Shown one piece after another: positions 43,638 to 55,517 of a stretch of DNA of 64,000 nt. Every line of letters starts with the position of its first letter. Position 1 is the stretch's first letter. The notes below the pieces were generated by a model. It had not been told where the DNA came from. It ran no database searches and saw nothing but the letters and a program-made list of their open reading frames with translations. Where the stretch lies: contig CM119270.1 in NCBI GenBank assembly GCA_051294375.1, positions 20,792,417 through 20,856,416 on the forward strand. Direction: 5' to 3'. Made by a program: the position numbers and the translations under genes. The stretch is from Paraspadella gotoi. Taxonomy: Eukaryota; Animalia; Chaetognatha.

Positions 43638-43680
<43 letters not shown>

Positions 43681-44404
43681 GATGGAAATTTAAATATTTT
43701 TGGAGGGTTTGATTATAATGAATGTCTATCATTTATGTCTAGTTTTTTTTTTAATTTAACCGGAAAAAATTAAAAAAAAGTAAATTTGACCTTTTTTTTT
43801 TAATAGCAAAAACAGTAACAGGGTAAAAGACTGGAAAATTTAACTATGTATTGAAATTCAATAAAAACAAAAGACACTAACGTCTAGTAAATTTTGATTG
43901 GGAACGTGATGAAGTGTAAATATACTTTCATTATGAGCAAATACAACGTTGACAGTTGTTAGCAATAAAACATTATCATCAAGGGACTAAAACTGACGAT
44001 TGGCTAATATTGATCTTTACTACTGAAATTGTATTTGATATTTATTAAAATAATGAATGAATGTAGGAACCTTAAAAATATATCTGGCAAAATCTGTCAA
44101 AATTACAAACACGTTTAAAATTACAGCAAAATGCAAATGAGATTATCGAAACGAAAAATTACCATCGAAATCAACAAAAATCAATTTTGCTTCTCTTTAA
44201 CCGTTGACACAATTTTTTGAGAAGTTTAAAAACGAATAAGATTTAGTTCAAACGTTTAATTAACTTTGAATTTAAAAGGTCAATAAATTAAATTAAAAAA
44301 GTCTTTTCTTATGAAATAGACGTAAGTTTCGCTCTCAGTTACATTCAATTACAATTCCGTTCACAAATTGGTCCTGTCAGTTTGAATTCCAAAAAAAGTC
44401 TGTT

Positions 44405-44447
<43 letters not shown>

Positions 44448-45058
44448 AATCTCTCTCTCTCTCGTCCCTCCCTTTCCAGACATGAACCGACATCACTTCT
44501 CCCTCTTTCTCACGTCGGGCAAACTTCATTTTCTCCTCCGGCAAAAAGCAGGTAAAAGAGAAGAGAAGAAAAGTGAAAAAAGAGAGGTAAAAAAAAAAAG
44601 AAAAATGAAAAAAGAAAAGAAAATGATGAAAAAAGAAAAACGCGGAGGAAGAAAAGAAAAAGTCATTAGAGAAGAATTTCCATTGCGGTTCCATTCATCA
44701 CGTGACGTTGGTTCCCTGGGAACACGTGACGTTAGTTCCATCGTGTCAGTTGACGCTGGTTCCATTGGGTCAGTTGACGTTGGGTCTGTTAGATCACGTG
44801 ACGTTGGTTTCAATTGATCACGTCACGTTGGTTTCACGTGACCATGGTTCCCGGAATAACGTGACTTTGGTTCCATCGGATCACGTGACATCGGGTCGAC
44901 AAAACATTGGACCGACCGACCGACTTCGCTTAAGCCTCATTTTTTCTCTTTCTTTGTTTTTGTGTTTTGTTGTTGTGTTGTTTTGTTTTTTTTTAACCCA
45001 AGGCTTTTTGTCGGGTTCCCCTTTTTGCGTTTTTCATTATCTCTCTCTCTCTCTCTCA

Positions 45059-45112
<54 letters not shown>

Positions 45113-47339
45113 GCTCCCTCTCCTCTCTCTCCCTCTCCTCGTTTCTCTCCTCTCTATCTCTCTCTCTCTCTCTCGTCTCCCTCTCTCTCTCTCGCTCCCT
45201 CTCTCCTCCTCTCCCTCTCTCTTTTTCTCTCTCTCTCTATCTCGTTCTCTCTCTCTCCTCTTCTCTCGTCTCTCTCTCTCTCTCTTTCTCTCTCTCCTAT
45301 CTCTCTCTAATATCTCTCTCGGCTATCTCTTCTCTCTCTCCTCTCTCGTCTTTCTCTCTCTCTCTCTCTCAGGCGAAGACCAGAATATCTTCAAACCTGC
45401 GGAATGGAGATGGCATCTTGACCAAGTCGACGACGGCGAATGGCATCATTATGCCGTCAACGTTGATTTTCCTAAGGTAATGCCATTTGCCATTAATGAA
45501 TAAATTATTGAATGAATGAATAAATAAATGAATGAATAAATGAATGAATGTATGAATGAATTAATTAAAATTGTAGCAGATCCCGGTAAGGGCATTCTTT
45601 GAGGTTGTTTCTTTAATACAGTATTGTTCCTCCCGATTTTTATTAATTTTGTACTTTGATACTTGTTACGGGGTATAATCTTTATCTCCGATCCAATACT
45701 TAAGGAAAGGGTCGCATTATATATACTATTGAAACATTTTATGAATAAGGATAATAATAATAATAATAATTTAATTAATAAAGAAGTGAATAACCTTGAT
45801 TGTAAAAGATGTAAAAGTCATCAGGTTCTTGCAATGGAGAGAGACCTTAACCCATTATAGATTGTCCAATGTCAGTTATATATATATATATATAAATATA
45901 TATATGTGGATAAGGCGTTATGTGGGCTGAAGTTGACTGTCCGTAACTTCTATAACCCCCTCTAGCAGCCATGGAACGGGTCCCTGGGCTTGGAACCAGG
46001 CTTGAGGGTTTGCCACGCCCCCAAGGCGGCTTACGTCCGTCCTCACGCTTCCCACAGGGTAGTTACCGAGTTGGAATGAACCCGGTAACTAGTGGTCATG
46101 AGCTGATGGCTTTACTAAATGAGCCACCGGGTCACAACTGAAAGTGTCATGATTCTAGGCGGGGTGAACCTAGGCAATGCCCGACTACATATATATATCT
46201 ATATATATATATATATATTTGTATTTTTTGTAAGAATTTCATATGAAAGCGCCTTAACTTTCCATTTTTAAGAAAGTAATAAATGGGTACAAATGGTCTA
46301 ATTATTTCTTCGCAATCCAAAGAGGAAATTATCCAAATGGCAAATGCCATAATGATGCCATTAAGTCCTCGATCTTCCAAAGGGAATAATCCCCTGCGCT
46401 GATGGTAACGGTTATTGCAAACGTAACCAACAGGAACAAACACGCAATTATCCGCCGACCGTTGGCTTTTTACTTCTTTGGCTCGCGCTGTTTAAACTTT
46501 GGACTTTGAACGATTCACCTGTAATTTTGCTATTTCTTGGATAGGTAAAGCAAGATAAAAAAATCAAATTTTAATAATTACTTTTATGTTTTAAAATATT
46601 TAAAAAATAATACGAATTAAACATGAGTTTCAAAGTTATACCTGGGTGAAAACTATTCGAGAATGTGGAACGCGAGAACTCTCTTTTTAAAAGAATTATG
46701 AAATCAAATAAAACAATTCATAATATTAGAATTAGTGAACAACTGACAAAAATGATTTCCTTCGAGTTAGATTGTTTCGATTAATGGCAAAAAAAACTAG
46801 CGATTAATAAAAACCAAATTTAGTAATATTCATTTTGCTTATTGCAAGATTACTTGTTTTATTACTATTTTAAAAGTTTTTTATATGAAAAAGTATAATT
46901 TTATTTGTGTACAGAAACTTAGTAGACCAAAAAAAATATTTCGATTTCATGCTTATTCATGCTTACAATCAGATTTAAGATTTGACGGTTAAATTTTGAA
47001 TATCGGGATAATTTTATTTATTCATAATTTTATGAGGTGGAAATGGATGTTAGTCTTGTCTTCTGAAAATCAAGAGAGATCGTCTATACAACACAGTTAA
47101 AAAACTCTCTGCCCGAACTACAGATTTGACAATTTATCTTATTTCACATTGAAATTTGTTTTAAATTTAAATTAATTTTAATCAATATTCAGGTGGAGCT
47201 TTTCATCGACGGGAGGAAGTTGGAAGTGGTGGAAGGACGCAACCCCAAGATCGTCGACGATTGGCCTCTGCACAAGGCCAAAGACCCCAAGACCAAAACC
47301 GTCGTTGGGGCATGTTGGCACGGAGGAGAACAGAGAATG
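8710..47339 (+). CDS. CLSTN: Calsyntenin (cadherin-superfamily, cadherin repeats + LamG/LNS domain), 3'-partial, interrupted by duplicated/inverted segments
   Basis: Exons: 8710-8794 (signal-peptide-like, assignment inferred); 13446-13605 (IFHGLVKE); 17818-18041 (GICGF..VDCETNKRF); 34125-34236 (VDVVDENEWAPEF); 34723-~34814 (DRDCSPDFGDVCGYEI); 37297-37420 (GNLKNTEEL..AFDC); ~38033-38205 (noisy, LETKHIG); 39073-39310 (GCDRDTYS); 43372-43614 (HFTISTWMKH..KEQILCNAD); 44480-44551 (MNRHHFSL); 45373-45476 (FKPAEWRW..EWHHY); 47193-47339 (DDWPLH..VVGACW). Intron phases are consistent, with a few indel errors in exons 2, 3 and 7. Confidence 0.88.
9180..10430 (+). repeat. GAC/GAT-rich cryptic simple sequence in calsyntenin intron 1
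   Basis: (ACG)n/(GAT)n runs. A ~50-nt motif gatgacattgatgatgac..cttg.ttgcaacgt.gagcac recurs at ~9414, ~9487 and ~10322. Confidence 0.7.
12780..12885. repeat. 20-bp minisatellite (aacagcagaacaaatctatc) x~5
   Basis: Direct tandem copies are visible. Confidence 0.8.
13535..16978 (+). repeat. Tandem array, 33 x ~105 bp, derived from calsyntenin exon-2 3' end + splice donor + (ATGAG)n
   Basis: Unit: aaatggctcgagaacggcgacgaggcaagagtagaagtatcgcccaggatcgtggccactgcctctcaag|GTGAG(ATGAG)~4-7. 33 copies were counted by hand. Confidence 0.95.
17340..17810 (+). repeat. ~470-nt polypyrimidine tract upstream of calsyntenin exon 3
   Basis: Almost exclusively C/T, ending at the acceptor ccaccag (17817). 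Confidence 0.85.
18062..18605. repeat. 24-bp minisatellite (cacttcagcactcccttcaacgct)n with orientation switch at ~18118
   Basis: Units read gaagtgagcgttgaagggagtgct up to 18117, then switch to the reverse complement. Confidence 0.9.
18606..19635 (-). pseudogene. Inverted, indel-rich copy of 17018-18060 including calsyntenin exon 3
   Basis: Reverse complement match; the minus-strand ORF contains GICGFTILDSGSASPSPFAIKQEVG. Confidence 0.85.
20978..31790 (-). pseudogene. Inverted, indel-rich copy of ~32610-43680 including calsyntenin exons 4-9
   Basis: Reverse-complement collinearity throughout. Remnants include LGNHFTIS (21.3 kb), DEIYAFDGE (26.0 kb), CQVDKLTAYI (27.1 kb) and exons 4/5 (29.05-29.7 kb). 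Confidence 0.88.
29987..30628 (-). mobile_element. Internally deleted non-autonomous Tc1/mariner-type DNA transposon
   Basis: Flanked by TA on both sides, with ~25-bp TIRs (ctatcttagaaaaaagttagaaac / gttttctaaactttttttcgtagatag). Minus-strand remnant SMPRR.CRAVVDAEGGH.KY* (30136-30073, frameshifted) resembles the Tc1 C-terminus. The element is absent at the homologous site ~33715. Confidence 0.8.
31790..32612. repeat. 24-bp minisatellite (same unit as 18062-18605) with orientation switch at ~32567
   Basis: cacttcagcactcccttcaacgct units are followed by gcgttgaagggagtgctgaagtga. Confidence 0.9.
34830..36420 (+). pseudogene. Noisy direct duplicate of ~33230-34814 (calsyntenin exons 4-5); carries the true exon-5 donor
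   Basis: Collinear with 33230-34814. It ends atcgacagagagg|gtgaga at 36420, whereas the first copy is truncated at atcgacag. Confidence 0.8.
39520..39835 (+). repeat. G-rich (ggtgggtga-like) low-complexity tract; inverted copy 25400-25720
   Basis: Dense GG/GGG runs. Confidence 0.7.
44700..44890. repeat. ~24-bp degenerate minisatellite containing CACGTGAC
   Basis: About 8 units of cacgtgacgttggttcc / cagttgacgttgg. Confidence 0.75.
45905..46189 (-). mobile_element. 285-bp GC-richer element inserted in (TA)n, TG..CA termini, tRNA-like A/B boxes (SINE or solo-LTR-like)
   Basis: Flanked by TA repeats, with ends TGTGG...CTACA. Minus strand has GTGGCTCATTTAGTAAAGC (46127-46109) and GGTTCATTCC (46082-46073). 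Confidence 0.55.
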
Positions 47340-48459
47340 GTGAGAGTTGGGCTTTGGGAATACGATTGGCCTTTGCAAGCCNNNNNNNNNNNNNNNNNNN
47401 NNNNNNATAGACGAGACGGAGATATGATACTACGCGTCGTGGTTGTTATCTCGGTAACGCTGAAACACATTTCGTTATATCACGGCCGAGTATATATAAA
47501 CAAACTCGCAGGGATACACAGCTGCGATATACGAGAGCTTGGAATAACATCTTTGAATACGCTTCATATTACGAATCCGGCACCCATGTGGATGGAGAGA
47601 ATACATGATACGAATTGCTGAATTGGTGAATGAGTAAGTAGAAACCATAATTGATATGTAGAAAACAACTTAATAAGTATTTATTTTGAGAGTTTTCTCT
47701 CGGCGCCTGATATTCGATTAGCTCAAATAAGATTTTACAGATGTGTGTCACGATAGCACGAAATTACCGTTTTCTAATTTTATATCCTCGTTTCATTATA
47801 TCTCGTGATATAGAGAGAATAATACTTTTCGGAGGCTAGTGGGAGATGTTATTCGAACAAAGGGATTAGCGCCGATACGCGCGTAGGGGGGGGGGGGGGG
47901 CGGGCGTCTCTCTGCTCTCTCTCTCTTCCCGTCGTCTCCTCGCCTCTCCTTATCCTCTCGTCAAATGGTCACTCTCGAAAATCTAAATTAAATCTTCAAA
48001 TCATTATCTCTTCTTCTTCGACTTCTTAAAGAGACATGCTCACTCTCCTCACACTCCTAATGACTTCTCTTGTCCTTCGCTTGAATCTGGCACCACCCAA
48101 ATGATTAACGACCCACACCTATCACAGTAGAGAGTAGGCCCATAAGGCACGCAATTGAGATTCCAAAGGGCTTGATTCAAAATCTCACGGGATATTCAAT
48201 CGAGAAGAAGAGAAAAAATTGAAACGAATTTCGTTCTGACCCTTTGAACATTTGAGTAAAACAGCAAAAAACCAAAAACATTATTTGTTTTCTACTTAAT
48301 TTGTTTTTTCTCATTCACCAATCAGCAATCTTTGTCCTCGAATCCACAGCGTAAAATATCAAAGAGTTTAACGAGACATTCACTTCGTTTCGAGCTGTGA
48401 ACCCCGAGTGATTACCCGCCGAAAAAAGTGAATAAAAATCACGAAGAGCTTTGTCTGTG

Positions 48460-48685
48460 TGGTATCACAAACGATCATGTCACAAACGACGTTTTTGTCC
48501 CAAACGACGATCATGTCACAAACGACGTTTTTGTCACAAACGACGATTATGTCACAAACGACGATTGTGCAAAAAAAGACATTCGAATCATAAACGACGG
48601 TGGTGTCACAAACGATGCTCTGATCAAGTGATTATGTCACAAACGACTATCTATCACAAATGATGAGAGTGTCACAAACTGACAT
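48460..48685. repeat. 18-bp minisatellite (gtcacaaacgacgattat-like)
   Basis: More than 10 degenerate tandem units. Confidence 0.8.
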
Positions 48686-48818
48686 TCGACGCTCATGTCA
48701 CTAGTGTCATCAAGGCTGGAAAGGGACGAATCCTAGCGGTCGTTAGCGGAATACGAGAGGAAAGGAATGGGAGCCTCGATTCGGTTGAGCGGAGGAAAAA
48801 TAGGGGCTAAAAGGGATG

Positions 48819-48855
<37 letters not shown>

Positions 48856-48867
48856 GAGAGAGATCCA

Positions 48868-50252
48868 GACTTCCCCATAGTTTTTTTTTTAGATACAAAA
48901 AGTTGAATTTTGCATCTTTGTGACACAGATGCTGCCCACTGAACACGGAGTTTCTCTAAGGGATGTGTGACGGTCGTGGGCGCCACTCCGTGTCACAAAC
49001 AGTAGTTTTTTGCTTAATCCCCATATTTAACCCCGCAGCTAAAAAGCCCCAGCCTTCCCCATGATTTTTTTTAGAAATACAAAAAAGATGAATTTTCATC
49101 TTGGTGCACAGAGTGGCGCCCACTGACACGGAGTTTCTCTTAGGGATGTGTGACGGTCAGTGGGCGCCAACTCCGTGTCACAAAAAGTATTTTGGTGCTT
49201 ATGTCCCCATATTTAACCCCGCACTAAAAAGACCCCAGCTTTCCCCATATTTTTTTTAGATACAAAAAAGATAAATTTTCATCTTTGTGACACAGAGTGG
49301 CGCCCACTGACACGGAGTTTCCTCTAAGGGATGTGTGACGGTCAGTGGGCGCCACTCCGTGTTCACAAACAGTATTTTTGTGCTTAATCCCATATTTAAC
49401 CCCCGCACTAAAAGCCCCAGCCTTCCCATATTATTTTTTAGATACAAAAAAGATGAATTTTCATCTTTGGACACAGAGTTGGCGCCACTGACACGGATTT
49501 CTCTAAGGGATGTGTGACGTCAGTGGGCGCCACTCGTGTACAACAGTATTTTTGTGCTTATTCCCCATATTTAAAACCCCCGCACTAAAAAAGCCGCCAG
49601 CCTTCCCCATTATTTTTTTAGATAACAAAAAAGATGAATTTTCATCTTTTTGAACAGAGTGGCGCCACTGACCGTCACAGCATTCCCTAGAGAAACTCCA
49701 TTTTTATATTTGATTATAAATATGGGGAAGGCTGGGGCTTTTAGTGCGGGGGTTAAATATGGGGATTAACCACAAAATTAACGGTTTGTGACACGGAGTG
49801 GCGCCACTGACCGTCACACATCCAATTTTAGGATACAAAAAGATGAATTTTCATCTTGTGACACAGAGTGGCGCCCACTGACACAGAGTTTCTCTCGGGG
49901 TATGTGTGACGGTAAGTGGGCGCCACTGCTGTGTCACAAAGTTTAAATTTGCTTTTTTTTTGTAATCTAAAAAAATATTCGGGGAAGGCCTGGGCTTTTT
50001 AGTGGGCGGGGGTTAAATATGGGGATTAAGCTCAAAATACTGTTTGTGACACGGAGTGGCGCCACTGACGTCACACATCATATTTTTTAAGATAGCAAAA
50101 AGAATAAATTTTAACTTTGTGAGCACAGAGTGGCGCCCACTGACACAGAGTTTCTCTAGGGGATGTGTGACGGTTCAGTGGGCGCCACTCTGTGTCACAA
50201 AAGTTTAAATTTCTTTTTTTTTTCTATCTAAAAAATATGGGGAAGGCTGGCT
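48868..50252. repeat. ~180-bp satellite whose units contain a ~29-bp stem hairpin; internal inversions; duplicated at 55990-57375
   Basis: tttgtgacacagagtggcgcccactgac...gtcagtgggcgccactccgtgtcacaaa occurs in each unit. Orientation flips at ~49670. A partial unit lies at 53440-53550. Confidence 0.85.
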
Positions 50253-50254
50253 GA

Positions 50255-50974
50255 TTTTTTAGTCGGATCTTGCTTATCAGCAGATCCCGACTCTATTATT
50301 CACTTTCGTCCGTCGGTCCGCCCCCTCATATTGTCGGTCCACACACTTATATCCATGTCAGACCATCGAATTATGATAAATTATGCAAAAAAAAACGATG
50401 TCCGTCCGTCCGTCGTCCGTCGAGTCGTCCGTCCTCACCTTACAAAAACTCCAATTATGTGATTGGATGGAAGGAATTGGTATTGAAATCTTGTGTGTGG
50501 GTAGGAAACTGTTGATCGAGAATGGATATGAAAAGTTTCGAGGAATAGTGCGAGTGGAAATTGTTTAAATGGAAAAAACAAAAAAATATATTTCACTATT
50601 TGAAGCGCCATTGCTCATGAGTGATAGGGCAACTGACTTGAAATTTTGTATGATGGTAGGAAAGTGTGTGATTGAGCTGATATAAAAGTCTTGATGTGAA
50701 TTTGTGCGAGTGGAAATGAGTTAAAATGGAAAAACAAAAGTCATATTTACTTGATAGTAATTTTTAACTTAAATTTACTCATAATTTATTCATGTTTATT
50801 TAAAAATTGGAATAGATAAATCGATAATTGAATTTTGTGTGTGGGTAGGAAGTAAGTGATAAAGCTGGATATAAATTTTTGATAGGAATCGTAGGAGTGA
50901 AAAGAGTTCAAATTTAGAAAACCAAAAGACACATTTATTTTTGAATTTTAAAGTTTCTCTCTCTCTATCTTCTC

Positions 50975-51007
<33 letters not shown>

Positions 51008-53048
51008 TGGATTGATTGATTGATGTGATTGATTGATTGGATTGATTTGATTGATTGACAAATTATGCCAATTACATAATATCCAGTTGACCAAGAATTC
51101 TTTAAAGTTGACCAAATTATGGCCAGTTGACCAAAATTCTGCAAGTTGATCAAGTTTTGCAAGTTTACCAAATTATCGTGTTGACCAAATTATGCCAGTT
51201 GACAAATTCGGACGCTTGATAAAATTATGCCTAGTTGACCAATATTATGCCGGTTGACCAAATTATCTTTAATTGATCAAATTATTGTCAGTTGACAAAT
51301 TTATGTCGAGTTGACCAATTATGTCAGTAGATCCAAATATGTCAGTTAACCAAATATTATGTCAGTTGGATCAAACTTATGCAAGTTGATTAGATTAATG
51401 CAAGTTACCAGTTTTAGCTTATTACCACTTAATTATCGATTGAACCTGGAATTTTTGTTATGTGAGTGGTAAAAGTGTGTGATTGAACAGGAAACCAAGT
51501 TTCGAATGGAATCTTTGTGAGTGGAAATGAGTTAAAATGGAAAAAACAAAAAACCTGTTTCACTAATTGATTATGATTCTTTTTTTTCCTTTTATATTAA
51601 ATGTATATGCAGGATGTATTAATTAAATCAAAATAAGTTAATCAGTTTAATTATTGCATTAGTCAATTAATTAATCAATAATTAATTAATCAGTCAATCA
51701 ATCCGTCCATGCGTCCCACCTTTAGCAAGCTCGCAATAACTCGTGATTGCTTTGGTAGGAAAGTGTGTGATAAAAGCCTGGATATAAAAGTTTCGACGGA
51801 ATCATGTGAGTGGAAATGAGATTAAATGGAAAAAACATAGGTTGCATTTACCTAAAATATTTTTTAACTTATTTAACCATAATGTACTCTAATTAATCAT
51901 AATTGGATGGATAGATTGAGTTCAATTTGTGTGGGTAAAAAATGTGTACGATGCTTGATTTATAAAGTTTCGGTGGAAATGTTCGAGTGGAAATTGAGTT
52001 TAAATGAAAAATATGAGTCACATTTACCTTGAATAACTTTTTGATTAGTTCATTGGGTTTGTTGCACTGAAGCTTTTTAATATTTTTTAATATATAACAA
52101 ATGACAAAAAAAATTTTAAAATGTGATTTTTTTTAAGAATGCGGGTTCTTTAGAGCTTAAAAAGTTAAATTGAATAGTTAGTACTATCATTTTTTTTCAA
52201 GATTTTTACAATAATTGGTTAATAAATGTAAAAAACCTTAAAAAATCATCATCATCATCATTATTGGCTGAATTTTATTTTTTAAATTTTATTAATAAAA
52301 CACAAAAAAAATTTAAAAAGTTGTATTAAAACCTTTATCTAACTTAAAAGTCTATAAGAATCTATAAAAAAAATTGATGAAGCAAAATTTTAAACTTTTT
52401 AGTTTTCAAACCTGTTCGCGGCCCTAATATATAGTAAGGCGGCCAAAATTGAACACTTTTTATAACTTCTAGTTCTCTTTAAAAATTTTTTTTACTTTTA
52501 CTACTATTCTCGATTTTTAATGTAACTTTTTGAATTATTTCATTGGGTTGTTGCACTGAAGCTTCTTTAAATATTTATTAATATATAATTAATTATATAA
52601 AGTTTTTGAACGAATTGTGCCAGTGGAAATGAGTTTTATGGAAAACTTGAATCTTTAATTTATTATGAGTTACTAATAAATGTTTAATTAATTAATTAAT
52701 TAATTAATGTGAAAAATGATGCAAAGTTAAAAAAATCTTAAAAGCATAAAGATCGTCGCAATTGTATAAAAGAGAGAGAGAGAGAGAGAAGAGAGAGAAG
52801 AGAGTGAGAGAGAGAAAGAGAAGGAGACATAAAATAAAATAGAGGATATTTGTTTGTTTTGATAAAATGTAAACAAAACATATTTAATAACTGTCCCTAA
52901 CCAATTTTTAGAGGACATCGATGATGATAAGTTGAAATAAATTTAAAATTAATTATTACATTAATTAAAATTAATTATTAAATTAATTATTCGATTAATA
53001 ATTAATTATCGTAGGAGAGTCCGACATTGTTTGCTCAACTTCTTATTA
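50255..53048 (+). mobile_element. HINE/DINE-1/pearl-like non-autonomous Helentron with internal tandem repeats; duplicated at 57378-60171
   Basis: 5' T-run plus palindrome agtcggatcttgct-tatc-agcagatcccgact, then a GTCC microsatellite at 50400. Internal repeats: gtgggtaggaaagtgtgtg..gagtggaaatgag units, (GATT)n and ~20-bp gttgaccaaattatg units. The 3' sub-terminal match gagtccgac is at ~53020, and a related 3'-end fragment lies inverted at 19985-20040. Confidence 0.55.
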
Positions 53049-54230
53049 TATATTTAAGGGTTAGTGAAAAACAACTCTGAATCAGGGGATTCGAACGCAG
53101 ATCTTTTAAGTTAAAAAGAAATTAAATAGGTCTTATTATTCGAAAATTACATTACAATTGAATTAAATTAAAAATTGAACGAAATATTCATTAGTGGATT
53201 GTTTTTAAACTCCTCAATCTGCTTTTTTTTAGGTTCAATGCCGTAAGGGGAGGCGACTTTCGTCATCTAGGTCGAGACGTTCGCATCTCCACAAACCCTT
53301 TTTTTTTTTATATAAAAAAACCGAATTTTTAACAGCTTTTTGAGGCGCGAAAAGCAGGGGCACTTCAGTCATGCTAGGTTCGAGATTTCGCATCTTTCCA
53401 AATCTCTCTTTTTTTATATAAAAAATCAATTTTTATTACGGCTTTGTGGGCCCGTGGCGCCCCACAATTTGTCACAAAATATTTTTGATTTGTTTGCTAA
53501 TCCCCAATATTTAACCCCCGCACTTAAAGCCCCAGCCTTTCCCCATATTTAACCAAAAAATCAAACTATTTTTTTTTAAAAAAAACAATGGTAAATTGAA
53601 AGGATCGACTTGAAACCTAGATCTTGTTGTATTGGAAATAAGGAACGAATTTTTTCTTACATTTGTGAGAAACGTAAGAACGTAAGAGATAAATTGGTGG
53701 GGAAGAAAGAAGAAAAGATAANNNNNNNNNNNNNNNNNNNNNNNNNGAAAGAAAGAAAGAAAGAAAGAAAAAAGAAAAGAAAGAAATAATGAAGGGAAGA
53801 AAAGGCGTAAAAACTGCGTACTCATGCAGAATGAGGTCAAATTCTTCAAATCCCTTAAGATATTGTGTGAGGGAGATTTTGTGTGAGGGAGATTTTGTGT
53901 GAGGAAGATTCAAAGTCTCAGATGAAGGAAAATGAGAGAAGGAATTAATTATGAGAACCGAAAAGTCTGAGAAAAAATGAGTAATAAAAAAGGGAGAAAG
54001 AAAAGAGAGAGAGAGAGGGAAAGAGAAGGAAAAATATGTAAGAAATAAAGGAGGAAAGAAAAAAAAGGAAAAGGGAGAGAAAGAAAGAAGAATATAGAGA
54101 ATGAAATAAAAAAGAAATAAATAAAGAAAGAAAGCAAGAAAGATACAAATAAATAAAGAAAGAAAGAAAAAAAGAAAGAAAGATAAAAAAAAACAAAAAA
54201 GAGAGAAATAAAGAAACAATGAATGAATGA

Positions 54231-54286
<56 letters not shown>

Positions 54287-54358
54287 AACACACACATGAG
54301 AAAAAACTTAGAAAAGAAAGAAAGAAAAGAAATAAACAAAGAAATAAAGAAAAAATGA

Positions 54359-54426
<68 letters not shown>

Positions 54427-55194
54427 AAAAAAGAAAGAAAGAACGAAAGAAAAATAAGAGAAAAAACTTAGAAATTTATGAAGAAAGTTAAAAAAAGAGA
54501 AAGAAAAAAAAATAGAAAAAGAGAGAAAGAGAGAGAGGGAGAGTGAAAGCCTAAAGGCCTCACATAAACTATCTTTTATCGGTTCCCACTTTTGAATCAC
54601 CAAGCATTCGTCTTATTTCCAATCTTAAATAGGAAAGCAATAAAATTTTGGCGGCCTCAAAAAAAAAAAAAAAATAAGATTTTGTTTGGTTCGTCTTTCG
54701 GAGTAATTTTTTTTTTTTTTTTTGAGCGGCGTGATTAGTCGCCCCCTGGGTGCGCTGCCTGTTGGGAGAGAGCGGAAGTTTGAATTAAAAAAAAGTTTAA
54801 AACTCTGGGGGAAGATTAAAAACGGGTTGGCTGAAGATCAGACAGGGTCGGGGAAGATTAGGCGGGGTCGGGGAAGATTAATCAGGATGTAGGAAGATTA
54901 ATTATGTATTGGAAAATTAAAAGTAAAAAGCGCAAAAAAGGGTAAAACATTTCGGAATGATTTGAGATATTTGACAAAAAGTTTAAAAAATTAAAATACG
55001 TTTAAGAAAATAACGAGGGTAAATAAAAACTTTGGAAACGAATAAAGATTCTTCAATAACAATAAAACGGTTTTAAAAGGAAAAATTACACTTTGGGGAA
55101 AGATTTAAACGTAATATATTTTTTAAACTTTATTAGCGATTTTAAAATTGAAGAGAAAATAACAATGAGTTGCCAAAAAAAAGGTACAATTGAC

Positions 55195-55297
55195 TCTAAC
55201 AATTAAGCTTAAACTTTAACAATTAAGCTTAAAACTTTAACAATTAAGCTTAAAACTTTAACAATTAAGCTTAAAATTTTAACAATTAAGCTTAAAA
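55195..55297. repeat. 21-bp minisatellite (aacaattaagcttaaaacttt) x5; copy at 62290-62405
   Basis: Direct tandem copies are visible. Confidence 0.8.
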
Positions 55298-55478
55298 CCC
55301 GCGACACATGATTAAAATATTGTTAGTAAGAATATGAAGCACTTGAAATCTATTGCAAATGTCTAATTATGAATTCAATGCCAATTTAGTTTTTTATGAT
55401 TCAATTATATTTTAAAAAAAATTCTAAAAAAGAATAAATCTTCTGAGCGAAAGTGGCCGAAAAAAAGTGTCACGAATT

Positions 55479-55517
<39 letters not shown>

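Noticed and set aside
46095-46150. Second hammerhead (ctgatgg...gaaagtgtc)
   Set aside because: The core is CUGAUGG rather than CUGANGA, and no stem II closes onto GAAA.
53234-53290. Candidate next calsyntenin exon after a strong acceptor
   Set aside because: The translation does not resemble the expected continuation, and the duplicate at 60360 differs in frame.
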